Shown here: positions 46,424-56,140 of the stretch, piece after piece
How the letters are laid out: every line of letters begins with the position of its first letter
How positions within the stretch are numbered: position 1 is the first letter of the stretch
IMG/VR virus record: IMGVR_UViG_3300024999_000121
Location: 1-57,865 of that record
Source of the DNA: a virus
Lineage: Duplodnaviria > Caudoviricetes
Length of the DNA stretch: 57,865 nt
Reading direction: 5' to 3' (one strand)
The notes under the pieces: model-generated
What the model saw: only the letters and a program-made list of their open reading frames with translations
The model's database searches: none
Told to the model about the DNA's origin: nothing
Position numbers and translations under genes: made by a program

Positions 46424-46957
46424 ATGATAAAAGAATCCCAAAACATACTTGAAGAACGTCTCAAACTTTACAAAAAACACAAGGCCGAAATAACTACAGC
46501 ATCGCAAAGAATTGCAGTATGGCAGGATGCCTTAAAAAGCGGAGAATTGTGGATGTTCGAAAACAGTGTTAGCAGGGTGGAAGGAATGCCACACGCGACC
46601 ACTACAACGTCACCTACGGAGCGCATAGCACAGCAGAGAGAGGTTACGGCCGAGTTAGTGCAGGAATGGATTGACGAGGATAAATCAAGGGTTCGCTACA
46701 AAACAGTAGAGATAGAACAGATTGACGAGGGCCTAAGGGCGTTAACCAAGGAACAACAGACCGTCATTGAATCTAAATACTTCGAGGCTATGACATGGAG
46801 AAATATAGAGATTGCCTTTAACGAACGTCATTCAGTGGGAAGAGTTTATATCACTGATGAGATGCTAAGAAAGATAAACAAGATAGCATTGGAGGTGCTA
46901 TGGGAGATACTTGGCCCCTTATTCCAAAGGTATCTTTACTGCAGGAAGTGCGTGTAA
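46424..46957 (+). CDS. ArpU/RinA-like late transcriptional activator
   Basis: SPTE..A, I...L.AL...Q..VI..KY.....W..I; last gene of early operon. Confidence 0.7.
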   Translation: MIKESQNILEERLKLYKKHKAEITTASQRIAVWQDALKSGELWMFENSVSRVEGMPHATTTTSPTERIAQQREVTAELVQEWIDEDKSRVRYKTVEIEQIDEGLRALTKEQQTVIESKYFEAMTWRNIEIAFNERHSVGRVYITDEMLRKINKIALEVLWEILGPLFQRYLYCRKCV

Positions 46958-47064
46958 TACCGCTTTAATACACTGACATTACCATTATATGATAATAAGA
47001 CATGTTACAATATTAATATGCAGGGTGATCCGTTACCCATCTAAAGTACGGAAGATTACAAAAT

Positions 47065-47106
47065 AAAGACGCTCTCGACCTATAATGTGGTCCAGAGCGT
47101 CTTTTC
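47065..47106 (+). terminator. intrinsic terminator
   Basis: AAAGACGCTCT...AGAGCGTCTTTT. Confidence 0.7.
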
Positions 47107-47127
47107 TAATTTGGAGGTGGAACTTAT

Positions 47128-47283
47128 TTGGATTGCAAATTATGCTCCAGGCAGAAGCGATGTCCTGATAAGGATAAGCCTCCGAAGGATTGTGTTAGGT
47201 TCGTTGAGTTTGCGGATAGTAAGAGGTTTGAGATTGTTGATCGGGTTATGAGGCAAAATCGTGGCGTGTATGTGCAGGAATGA
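47128..47283 (+). CDS. small Cys-rich protein
   Basis: RBS GGAGGTG, MDCKLC...C...C. Confidence 0.5.
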   Translation: MDCKLCSRQKRCPDKDKPPKDCVRFVEFADSKRFEIVDRVMRQNRGVYVQE

Positions 47284-47374
47284 GAAGAAGCCCTATTGCT
47301 AGGACTTCAGGGAATTTAGCATTAGTTCCAGTTCGGAACCTCTTACCCACGTACAGTTTATGTTGTTGTGGCAT

Positions 47375-47566
47375 TTATCCCATATGCCAAAAATTGTTTC
47401 GTTTTTGGCATATGCACCTTGAATAGTTGTCCGGGTTGGATGCTTCGCTTTCGCACTTAATTATGTCATATGGCTTATCTCCCATCGTTACCGCTATGTC
47501 GCTTGATTGGTTTATGATCCCTTGTAGGTCGCTGGGTAGTTCGTCGAAGGTTACTGGCTTTCGCAT
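47375..47566 (-). CDS. hypothetical protein
   Basis: RBS AAGGAG, last gene of reverse cassette. Confidence 0.45.
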   Translation of the reverse strand: MRKPVTFDELPSDLQGIINQSSDIAVTMGDKPYDIIKCESEASNPDNYSRCICQKRNNFWHMG

Positions 47567-47721
47567 TTACCCAACTCCTTGGTTCTAATGGATTCGATAA
47601 ACTCTCTGACCTTGATCAACTCTGCCTCAGTGACATAGATTGAGCAGTTTTTGCGGCCGGATGATTTGCGACCTGAGTTGGGGCGATTACCACCGTGTTG
47701 GTTAGTTGGTTTATTCATCAT
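47551..47721 (-). CDS. small DNA-binding protein (HGG.R..SGRK + RHH-like)
   Basis: HGGNRPNSGRK...SIYVTEAE. Confidence 0.65.
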   Translation of the reverse strand: MMNKPTNQHGGNRPNSGRKSSGRKNCSIYVTEAELIKVREFIESIRTKELGKCESQ

Positions 47722-47756
47722 TTTAAAATTCACCTCTTCCCAGAGCTTTACTTACT

Positions 47757-48242
47757 TTAAAACATTCCGAAAGCTACTTGCAGAATGCCTTCTTTTGCAA
47801 TTTTTAAGATTTGTTTTTGGATTGGACTTTGTGGTGATTTTTCATAGTAGTCATCTTGCCAAGCAAAAGACAAAGATTCTTCTTCGCCATTAAAAACGGC
47901 CGTAACGGTTGCCTTGAGAGGATTATCCATATACGGAGGATTTTCCCCGCTTTCTGGATATGAGCACCATCGGCCAACGGAAAAAGTTCCTGCTCCGCTA
48001 CGGTGATAAGGAATATCTGCGACCAAACGACAATCAATAGAATCTGTCCAAGATGATGGTACAGATCTTGCCTCTATATGAATATGACCGTCATAGTCAT
48101 TCCCATATTCATAAACCGAAGGATATTTCACGGTTGAAATTTCGCAATCAAAATGGCGACGTTGTAGTAATTTGCCCAGAACATCGGAAATGGAGTATCT
48201 TTCCCGGCGAGTTGGGGAAATAAATTTAAATTCGTTTTCCAT
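47757..48242 (-). CDS. hypothetical protein
   Basis: 161 aa, RBS AAGGAGGA. Confidence 0.7.
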   Translation of the reverse strand: MENEFKFISPTRRERYSISDVLGKLLQRRHFDCEISTVKYPSVYEYGNDYDGHIHIEARSVPSSWTDSIDCRLVADIPYHRSGAGTFSVGRWCSYPESGENPPYMDNPLKATVTAVFNGEEESLSFAWQDDYYEKSPQSPIQKQILKIAKEGILQVAFGMF

Positions 48243-48290
48243 AATAACTCTCCTCCTTACCCCGCTCCTTGCAAGCTGACGGGTTATGTT

Positions 48291-48803
48291 TTAGATGGAT
48301 TTAAGCCATCCGGACTTCAGTTTCCATGCGTTCATGGATGAATTAATCGTAACTCGAAATTCTGTATCATACCAAGCAATGCGGGTTCCGGTTGGAATTT
48401 CTACCATTATAGTTCCAGGTGGAATTTGGGTTTTTTCGTTTGGCCATGCTCCATAAAAGCAGGTTTCTACATTTGCCATTTCTTTTCCAGAGAATCCGAG
48501 GTGATAACCAACCATAGGTTCGGTTGTGATCTCTTCACTAGTCATGCGTTCAGTCCAGTCTTCGAATTGCGCAGGTTTAGAAGCGGTTTCTGTTATGGCT
48601 AGTTTCTTGGATTTGGCTGGAATTTTGAAGTTAATCCTTTCGCCTAAAGCAAACCTTTCTGCCGTAACGATGTCTCCGAACTTGCGAAATGTTCTGCCGT
48701 AAGGTGTGTGAAATAGAACGAAAACCCCGTTACCGCCGCGATCTTCAATTTTAATGTCGCTGGCGCGTAATCCAGATAATGAGACAGTGGATAGAGTTTT
48801 CAT
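48291..48803 (-). CDS. hypothetical protein
   Basis: 170 aa, RBS AAGGAGG. Confidence 0.7.
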   Translation of the reverse strand: MKTLSTVSLSGLRASDIKIEDRGGNGVFVLFHTPYGRTFRKFGDIVTAERFALGERINFKIPAKSKKLAITETASKPAQFEDWTERMTSEEITTEPMVGYHLGFSGKEMANVETCFYGAWPNEKTQIPPGTIMVEIPTGTRIAWYDTEFRVTINSSMNAWKLKSGWLKSI

Positions 48804-48835
48804 ACTGTTTACCTCCTTGTTTTTGATCTTGATTT

Positions 48836-48864
48836 ATTGTACTGCATATCAAGTTATGTGTCAA
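48836..48864 (-). promoter_or_regulatory. near-consensus sigma-A promoter with ATCAAG boxes
   Basis: TTGACA-17-TACAAT; ATCAAG/CTTGAT at 48828, 48848, 48873. Confidence 0.75.
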
Positions 48865-49035
48865 TGGTGTTTATCAAGTTTATTTTGTTATGTTGTTGTC
48901 GTACTGTTGTGGGCTTAGTAATAATGATTGCGGTGTGATTTTGTGTTGCAATTGTTATTAGTGAGCTTGTAGAGCTTGCTGTGGGTTGTGGTGGCATAAG
49001 GAAAGACCACCTTATTTGGCAGTCCTTAATCCTCG

Positions 49036-49617
49036 TTAGTTATTAACACTTACCGCTCTATCTCCTATTGCGGTCCATACCTCGTAGCCATCCTTTCTGA
49101 GATTTTGTATTTTGACCTCTGCATCTTTGGATAATCCGTCGATGTGTGTGCTGCTCCATTCGTGCTGCGAGTGTGATGTTCCGCGGACCTTAAAACTGAT
49201 TTCGTCGTATCCTGCATCATTGTTTGGTCCAGTAAGCTCATTCCTAGTGTCGCCCTTGATGCACTTGGATGCGGTGATCTCGTAATACTCATACTTTTCA
49301 GTCGTTTTAGCGTTCTTTGGTCTTCCGCCCTTTTTGCCGTTTTCTCGGGCTGTGGTGGTTTTAGCTTCTGACTTTTTACTGCCTCCTAGTTTTCCCATTG
49401 CGATTGCTGCCTGACTTACCGCTAAATTAACTGCAACTTGATCGCAAATGTATTGCTCGACACTTGTAGTGCAAGGGTAAACGCCTGAGTCGTACCTAAT
49501 GCAGTAGTCGGCATCCACAAACTTGATGTCTACGTCGGACATAGGGATTAGGTTGTCGTTAACTAGCATAGCAAAGAGTGTACAGTCGTTGACCTTGCCG
49601 TGGTTAATTGTTTTCAT
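49036..49617 (-). CDS. protein with central basic GGRPK DNA-binding motif
   Basis: AAIAMGKLGGSKKSEAK...ARENGKKGGRPK. Confidence 0.7.
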   Translation of the reverse strand: MKTINHGKVNDCTLFAMLVNDNLIPMSDVDIKFVDADYCIRYDSGVYPCTTSVEQYICDQVAVNLAVSQAAIAMGKLGGSKKSEAKTTTARENGKKGGRPKNAKTTEKYEYYEITASKCIKGDTRNELTGPNNDAGYDEISFKVRGTSHSQHEWSSTHIDGLSKDAEVKIQNLRKDGYEVWTAIGDRAVSVNN

Positions 49618-49669
49618 TTCAATTCCTTCTTTCTACCGGGTATTATGGCTCCCGGCTGGCCTTGTGGGA

Positions 49670-50101
49670 TTATGATTGAGCAGCTTTGTCTCGCGCTGCT
49701 TGCACCTGTGTCTTTGCTTTTTGCATGTAAGCGTTCGCTAGATTTCTGTGTTCGATCCACCATTTTGCCGTGCAGTTGCTTTCGCCTAGTTCGTTGATGG
49801 CTTTTTCCAATTTGTCAGCATAGTCGGTAAATACTCCATCCGTACGACCCTTGTAATAATCCATTTCACGCTGGAGGTCTTTTAAGTTTTGAGCTATGAT
49901 TTCCTTGGCCCAAGCGATTTGTTTTTCGCTTCCAGTTAAATTTTCAATGGCTTTCATGATCTTAGTTGCTCCTTTCTTGACAGATGCCCACAATGTACGA
50001 AGTGCAAGAGCCAGCCGAGCTGAGTAGTCACCGATCATTTGCTTTGCCATTTGGTGAGCCTCGACCATCATCTCGCGTTTGTTCATTTTGATCTTCGTCA
50101 T
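49670..50101 (-). CDS. hypothetical protein (GSEKQIAWA motif)
   Basis: AHQMAK..GDY..RL.LAL..LW + LTGSEKQIAWA...AKWWI. Confidence 0.7.
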   Translation of the reverse strand: MTKIKMNKREMMVEAHQMAKQMIGDYSARLALALRTLWASVKKGATKIMKAIENLTGSEKQIAWAKEIIAQNLKDLQREMDYYKGRTDGVFTDYADKLEKAINELGESNCTAKWWIEHRNLANAYMQKAKTQVQAARDKAAQS

Positions 50102-50130
50102 ATGAGCAACTCCTTTCTTTATCTGATCAC

Positions 50131-50160
50131 ATTGTATCCCAAGCGGTTGGGTTACGTCAA
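50131..50160 (-). promoter_or_regulatory. sigma-A promoter with palindromic operator
   Basis: TTGACG-18-TACAAT; CCCAA-N4-TTGGG in spacer. Confidence 0.7.
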
Positions 50161-50319
50161 GAGGATATTAGAGATTATTTTTTGTTTGTTTTTAGTTTGG
50201 TGGCATATATAGAAGCAATGTTTTAAGAGTGCTATTAAGTTATTGAGTAGATTGTATTGGATGGGTTAGTAGTGGGCTTAGAATTGATGTGGTGGGTTGT
50301 AGTGAGGGATTAAGGAGGT

Positions 50320-50871
50320 GTGCTGATGATGGCAGAAGTAATTGAAAAGAAGAATGTTGGAGGTAGGCCGACTAAGTATGATGAGAAGTATAATAAACAA
50401 GCTTATAAGTTGTGTCTGTTGGGTGCAACTGATATAGATTTAGCTAAGTTTTTTGAAGTGGAAGAGAGAACTGTTAATAATTGGAAAGATGATTATCCAG
50501 AGTTTTTTCAGTCCATTAAAAATGGTAAGGAAATTGCTGATGCTGAGATAGCTTCTAAACTGTATCATAGAGCGTCTGGATACAGTCATCCTGAGGACAA
50601 AATCTTCATGCATGATGGCGAACCTGTCATTGTGTCGACAACTAAGCACTATCCACCAGACGCAACTTCTGCCATTTTTTGGTTAAAGAATAGACAACCT
50701 GCTAAATGGAGAGATACCCAAAACATAGAGGTAACTGGTCCAAACGGCGGCCCTCTGCAAATCCAATCAATCGCCACACTCTCTGACTCCGACCTCAAAC
50801 TGATGATCGAGATTATGGAGCGATCACAAATCCAGGGAGAGGTAGTCGATATAGAGTCATCGGAGGACTGA
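50320..50871 (+). CDS. terS: terminase small subunit
   Basis: GRPTKY, GATD..LA.FF, HYPPD...IFWLKNRQP..WRD. Confidence 0.88.
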   Translation: MLMMAEVIEKKNVGGRPTKYDEKYNKQAYKLCLLGATDIDLAKFFEVEERTVNNWKDDYPEFFQSIKNGKEIADAEIASKLYHRASGYSHPEDKIFMHDGEPVIVSTTKHYPPDATSAIFWLKNRQPAKWRDTQNIEVTGPNGGPLQIQSIATLSDSDLKLMIEIMERSQIQGEVVDIESSED

Positions 50872-51240
50872 TTTGTCCGTCAGTGGTGGATTATCAGGGT
50901 ATTGAGCAGATCAAGGCCCTATGATCCGCCTATAGGTTGATTCTGAATGTGACACAACAGGATTATGTAACATTCGCCTTGATTGGATGTAGTTACCGCT
51001 TAGCTAGTAGAGCGTGGTAATAGCTAAGAGCGTGCTGGTGGTAAATACTACTGTAATCGTATAGTCAGCTCTGCTGTACTGCTGATCTGCCTGTGCGTGG
51101 CTGTGCATCTGGGATAGCCCGGCTGTGTACCAGAGATTCGGATACCGGGGGGAGGGCGTTGGCCGGGGTTGGTGGATTCTATGTATACTCCCCCTAACAA
51201 CTATAATATTTTATTTTTAAATTTTTAAGGAGTTGATTAA

Positions 51241-51417
51241 ATGCAAATTCACTTCTACATAACCTCATCCGATTTAGAACGATATCAAAAAGAAGGTTCA
51301 TGCTACGTACAGTGCAGGAAGCAATACGATTTACTTCATATTAGCATCGGCCTAAATAACCACACTATCGAAAAATTGGAAAACTCAGAGGAATATATCT
51401 TAAGGAAAATTAACTAA
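51241..51417 (+). CDS. hypothetical protein
   Basis: 58 aa, RBS AAGGAG. Confidence 0.5.
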   Translation: MQIHFYITSSDLERYQKEGSCYVQCRKQYDLLHISIGLNNHTIEKLENSEEYILRKIN

Positions 51418-51467
51418 TTCTCTAAAATATTTTATAAATTTTTTAGAGAAAAGGAGATGCACTAATA

Positions 51468-51959
51468 ATGAATCCCGAATTAATAGAAAAACTAAATGGT
51501 TTACTCAAAGTGCAAGGTACAGACGGTAACTGGAATCACGACAACTACATGTGCGGAATGTTCAACGGTATGGAGTTGATGCTTTCTATCATTGAGAATA
51601 GAGAAGTTAACTACAAAAGCCCATCCGATGCAAAGAAAGAGGTAATAAAAATGAACGTCAAAGAAAAACTCATCAAGCAATTAGGCGCACTTGAGAATCT
51701 GCAATTACTCGCCATTAACGCTAACGAATTCGGTACAGCATTGAGCGTTTCAGGAATGATGCTCGACTACATAAGAAATATTGAAGCAACTCAGACGCAA
51801 GAGGAATCAGATTGCGTTAAAGATTACATCTGCCATGACTGTGAAGAAGCCATAGCAAAAGAAATACTACATCAAGAGATTGCGGATACATGCGATATGC
51901 CGATTGAAATCGTCAAACGAGTTTTGGCTGGGCAAGAAGAAGTGTTGAATGGAGATTAG
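51468..51959 (+). CDS. hypothetical protein
   Basis: DGNWN...YMCGMFNGMEL motif; possibly two fused small genes. Confidence 0.65.
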   Translation: MNPELIEKLNGLLKVQGTDGNWNHDNYMCGMFNGMELMLSIIENREVNYKSPSDAKKEVIKMNVKEKLIKQLGALENLQLLAINANEFGTALSVSGMMLDYIRNIEATQTQEESDCVKDYICHDCEEAIAKEILHQEIADTCDMPIEIVKRVLAGQEEVLNGD

Positions 51960-51961
51960 CA

Positions 51962-52168
51962 ATGGACTGCGTTAAATGCCCGGTCACAGACCTATGTAAA
52001 TACAGGGCACATGCAATTAATGTTTCTAGGATGATTAAGGAAATAGAATTATCAGGACTTCCGTTTATTGTAACCATGAGGTGTGAGCACTACTTAGATG
52101 AGTTAGTTAGAAAAGATGCGCTTCAGATGGAAAAAATAAAACAAGCTGAGTTGAACAAAATGAGTTAA
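51962..52168 (+). CDS. small Cys-rich protein
   Basis: CVKC...CKY. Confidence 0.55.
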   Translation: MDCVKCPVTDLCKYRAHAINVSRMIKEIELSGLPFIVTMRCEHYLDELVRKDALQMEKIKQAELNKMS

Positions 52169-52466
52169 CCGCGTTGGTGCGTAGGATACGTACGTTAAGC
52201 CTTGTGCAGACGATTAGCATCAATCCCTAGGGGAATGCGGATTTATTGATAATAAAATTACACATTTTTGTGCTGAGAGACATGCTTATTGCACATTTTT
52301 GTGTGACCGATTAGATTAGGAACGCAACGAGGCTAGAACGTATATATAAACGAATTACACGAAGAAAACCCTATACTCTTAGGGAGAGTAAGGCTGAGTG
52401 CCATTTTTGCAACGTGTCGTTATGACACCTAAGTAATGCCCATTGAAGGGGCTTTTGAGGTGGAAT

Positions 52467-53000
52467 ATGGAGAAGGATTTACTTGATTTCCTTAATGGGA
52501 ATACTAACGTATTGATTCCTCAAGGAGTCACGATTACTAGAGATAAAGCACCTAACGGGCAAGAATACATCACGGTCAAGATTGATAATGGCAACAGGGA
52601 ATTAACTCTCTATTCGTTTTGGCACAATCCAAATAAGCCAGCAAAAAAAGACAAGTCGCCGCCTAAGCATACTGGGGGGAAGAAGCCTTACGTCATGCTC
52701 ATGGTCGAAGAGATTGAGAAGTTGAAGAAAGGTGGGGTAAAGAATGTCGAAGAGTTGGCAGGGTACTTAGTATCTTTAGGAAAATATGTTGAATGGAATA
52801 CCGGAAGATTAATTCATGATAGAAGTAAAAATCCATTGAAGTATAAAGAATTACAAGCCATATTCGGTTGTGGAAACAAGAAATTAAACCGCCTATTGGG
52901 TGAAATGAAGGAACACGAACTCCTTTATTCAACTGATGGCGGTTATGTTATTTCCTCGAGACTTATCAAAAAAGGTAAAACAAATAAGGAGGGCGATTGA
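52467..53000 (+). CDS. RepL-like winged-helix protein
   Basis: YLVSL..YV.WNT..L...PL...ELQ..FG....LNRLL.EM...ELL...YVISS.LIKKG. Confidence 0.55.
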   Translation: MEKDLLDFLNGNTNVLIPQGVTITRDKAPNGQEYITVKIDNGNRELTLYSFWHNPNKPAKKDKSPPKHTGGKKPYVMLMVEEIEKLKKGGVKNVEELAGYLVSLGKYVEWNTGRLIHDRSKNPLKYKELQAIFGCGNKKLNRLLGEMKEHELLYSTDGGYVISSRLIKKGKTNKEGD

Positions 53001-53002
53001 TT

Positions 53003-53647
53003 ATGCCTAATAGAGTCACTACTTACAACCAAGCGTTTCTTGGAGTATTGGGTATTCCTATGGATGCTAAGATTAAAGAGTTTGTTAAAAAGCTCGAGAG
53101 TGATGGACACACGGAGTCCGGTATTAGTTTTGGTATATGGAGAAGTCAAGATAAGTTAAATGCGTTTAAGCGTGACCGTAGGTTTATGAGTATATTGGAG
53201 AACGAGATTAATAAATGGTCATGGAAGAAGAACGACCCAAGGTGGACTGAATATTGGAACAGGAAGAATGAGTCAACAAAGGCTGAACGCATGAGAAAAG
53301 AGATAAAAGAGTTTGTGCGTGATGAAAAAGAACTAGATTCAATTAACGGTTCTGATAAAAAAAGATATAGAGGGTATGTCTACTTCATCCAAGGTCAATG
53401 TGGTGGGGCTATTAAGATTGGGTATTCACTTACCCCGAGCAGTAGATTAAAGACTTTACAAACTGGTTATCCAGATACTTTAAAGATGCTTCTTGTGATA
53501 CCGGGGGATGAGTCGATAGAACATGCGCTGCATCGACAATTTGAAGGGGCCAGATTAAAGGGAGAATGGTTTAGACCTGACGAATTGTTAATAGAAAAGA
53601 TTAAAGAGTTAAGTGCGAAATATAAACCATCAAGGCAAAAAATATAA
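53003..53647 (+). CDS. T5orf172/GIY-YIG-like nuclease-domain protein
   Basis: GYVYFIQ, IKIGYS, RLKTLQTG, E..LH..F...R..GEWF. Confidence 0.85.
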   Translation: MPNRVTTYNQAFLGVLGIPMDAKIKEFVKKLESDGHTESGISFGIWRSQDKLNAFKRDRRFMSILENEINKWSWKKNDPRWTEYWNRKNESTKAERMRKEIKEFVRDEKELDSINGSDKKRYRGYVYFIQGQCGGAIKIGYSLTPSSRLKTLQTGYPDTLKMLLVIPGDESIEHALHRQFEGARLKGEWFRPDELLIEKIKELSAKYKPSRQKI

Positions 53648-53817
53648 TCCCATTGATGCGATGCGAAACCTCCTTTTCCCCTCAATTCCCTTCTTCTAAA
53701 CCCAATCCCTTGAATATAACCGCACATAACCCATCAAACCGTTAAGTCCAAGCTATGCTCAAGCAAACGTATATTTAAACGTATCGGCAAAGGTTAAGGA
53801 TAAGCTAATTTCAGGAG

Positions 53818-54030
53818 GTGATCCGATTGGCACTAAGAGTGAGGACAAATGGGAAAATATTATGTGCCGCAAAAAGTGAACCATTGCCTGGTGATATTTA
53901 TATCGATGATAATATCCACGGTTGGCTATCGGGATGTTATGAAATTATGGATAAGGTAATTGAATCATTGGGCGACGATGAAAACGGTCAAGAGGAATGG
54001 ATATTTATAATTTCCAAGGATAGTCAATAG
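53818..54030 (+). CDS. hypothetical protein
   Basis: RBS AGGAGGTG. Confidence 0.6.
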   Translation: MIRLALRVRTNGKILCAAKSEPLPGDIYIDDNIHGWLSGCYEIMDKVIESLGDDENGQEEWIFIISKDSQ

Positions 54031-54040
54031 GAGTGAAATC

Positions 54041-54211
54041 ATGTCGGAAAATAGAGCATGTAAAAAGTTCGACGCTACAGACCCTACATACGAAAAAACA
54101 AACTGCGCTTCATGTACTCTGTGGAATGGAGTTAGATGCAGGGGAGAGGCGTTTGTTGTGGCAAGTCAGGATGAGAAGTATGAGGCTATGATTGGGTGGG
54201 AGAAGTGGTAG
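54041..54211 (+). CDS. small Cys-rich protein
   Basis: 56 aa, NCASC..W...C. Confidence 0.5.
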   Translation: MSENRACKKFDATDPTYEKTNCASCTLWNGVRCRGEAFVVASQDEKYEAMIGWEKW

Positions 54212-56019
54212 TAAAGGCAGAAACAAAAGACCCGCCAAAAAAGATTAAACCAAGCGATATTCCTACCTTGCAGTTAATGTACGATGAGCAAGCGAAGCGC
54301 GACGATGAATTTTGGCTTAAATACTATGTAAAAATTATTAACAAAGACGGAAACCAAGTGCCATTCGTGCTTAATCCAATCCAAAAGAAGATTGAAGATA
54401 AAATAAAAGAGCTTGAATCACAAGGGAAGCCTGCTCGAATCATTGTGCTCAAAGCGAGACAGGAGGGCGTGAGTACGTACATTCAAGCTAAGTTCTTGTG
54501 TCGAACCATAAAGAACAAGAACCGTAATGCTCTCGTGGTAGCTCATCGCGATGACAGCACAAACGCAATTTTTGATAAGGCTAAATACTCGAATTCATGC
54601 TTGCCTGACCATATAAAGCCCTTACAAAGAGCATCCAATGCTAGAGAGTTGATATTTGATACCCCTGTTACTCATAAGGGTAAAGAAAAAGGACTGAACA
54701 GTAAGATCAAAGTACAAACCGCAGGATCGGATGGTATTGGCCGGTCAGATACCTATCATTACATTCATTTATCGGAGTTTGCCTTTTACAGTGGCGACCC
54801 GTTAAAGGCCTTATCCGGTATCAATTCATCCGTCCCTAGTGTAGTTGGAACAATCGTAATTATTGAATCGACTGCCAACGGAAATAACTCATTCAAAACA
54901 CTGTGGGACTTAGCTGAATCAGGAGAAAACGATTACATCCCAATGTTTTTTTCATGGTTCGATTACCCTGATTATCAGATGCCGGTAACTGATGAAGAAC
55001 GTATTGAGATAATGTCTAGCCTGAATGAGTACGAGCAAGGCCTTGTTGATAACTACGAGCTTCCTGCTGAGAGGATTAAGTGGTACAGATGGAAATTAAA
55101 GAATGACTGTAATGGTGATAAGGACCTCATGCGCCAAGAAAATCCCAGCAATAGTCGGGAAGCGTTCCTCTCTACAGGACGGCCGGTGTTCGATAATGAA
55201 CGTGTTCTACTTCGTATAGAGCAACTCAAAAAGCAATACAAGACGAAGCCACCAAGGACAGGATATTTCATCTTTGAATGGAACGACCCTGATTCAAAAG
55301 ACAAAATAAGGGACAGTTCAATCAGGTTTATAGATTCACCCGGTGGCTATATTCATATTTACGAAGAACCAAGGAGTGGTCATCCTTTCGTTTTGGGGGG
55401 AGATACGGCCGCGGGCGGGGCGGATAGCTTCGGTGGTATAGGCATAAACAATTCATCAGGGAAAAGAGTTGTTGCTTTACATGGGAAAATGGCCATAGAT
55501 ACCTACACTCACCAAATGTATTGTTTAGGCAAATATTATAACAATGCGCTAATCAGTATTGAAATGAACCTGGACCGATACCCTATCGAAGAATTAGAGA
55601 GACTTAAATATTACAATCAATACAAGCGTGAAAGCGTAGACGATATTTACCACAAGAAGCTATATAAGCATGGATTTAAAACGGACGGTAATACGAGACC
55701 TTTCATCCTGTCGCTTTTGGTAGTTCTTATTAGAGACAATCCAGACCTATTTACTCACATCGGGTTCCTGTCTGAGTGTCTTACGTTTGTGATGGACAAG
55801 AATGGCAGACCGGATGCCGAGGCAGGAAAGCACGATGACTTGATTATGTCGGATGCAATCGCCAACGCAAGCAGAAGTCAAATGAGGTTTTCGGTCAATC
55901 GCAACGCCAAATTCGAACTCCCCGCCAACATGAGCGAGGAAGAAAAGTCGAGAGTTAAGGCTAATATCGATTTTGAAGATAAGTATGTGGAGATGGCTAA
56001 GTATCGGAGGAAGAAGTAG
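54196..56019 (+). CDS. terL: terminase large subunit
   Basis: LNPIQ, LKARQEGVST, HLSEFAF, IIESTANG, GGD, HDDLIMS. Confidence 0.93.
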   Translation: MGEVVVKAETKDPPKKIKPSDIPTLQLMYDEQAKRDDEFWLKYYVKIINKDGNQVPFVLNPIQKKIEDKIKELESQGKPARIIVLKARQEGVSTYIQAKFLCRTIKNKNRNALVVAHRDDSTNAIFDKAKYSNSCLPDHIKPLQRASNARELIFDTPVTHKGKEKGLNSKIKVQTAGSDGIGRSDTYHYIHLSEFAFYSGDPLKALSGINSSVPSVVGTIVIIESTANGNNSFKTLWDLAESGENDYIPMFFSWFDYPDYQMPVTDEERIEIMSSLNEYEQGLVDNYELPAERIKWYRWKLKNDCNGDKDLMRQENPSNSREAFLSTGRPVFDNERVLLRIEQLKKQYKTKPPRTGYFIFEWNDPDSKDKIRDSSIRFIDSPGGYIHIYEEPRSGHPFVLGGDTAAGGADSFGGIGINNSSGKRVVALHGKMAIDTYTHQMYCLGKYYNNALISIEMNLDRYPIEELERLKYYNQYKRESVDDIYHKKLYKHGFKTDGNTRPFILSLLVVLIRDNPDLFTHIGFLSECLTFVMDKNGRPDAEAGKHDDLIMSDAIANASRSQMRFSVNRNAKFELPANMSEEEKSRVKANIDFEDKYVEMAKYRRKK

Positions 56020-56120
56020 TGGAAGAATTCAGATGTAAAAAATGTAATAAGCTGCTCGGAAAAGTAGAAGGAAGGGCAGAGATTAAGTGCCCAAGATGCG
56101 GTACAATTAACGAAAAATAG
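56019..56120 (+). CDS. Mu Com-family zinc-finger regulator (33 aa)
   Basis: EFRCKKCNKLLGK...EIKCPRCGTIN; absent from ORF track. Confidence 0.8.
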   Translation: MEEFRCKKCNKLLGKVEGRAEIKCPRCGTINEK

Positions 56121-56140
56121 AACGCCGAAGGAGAGTGTCG

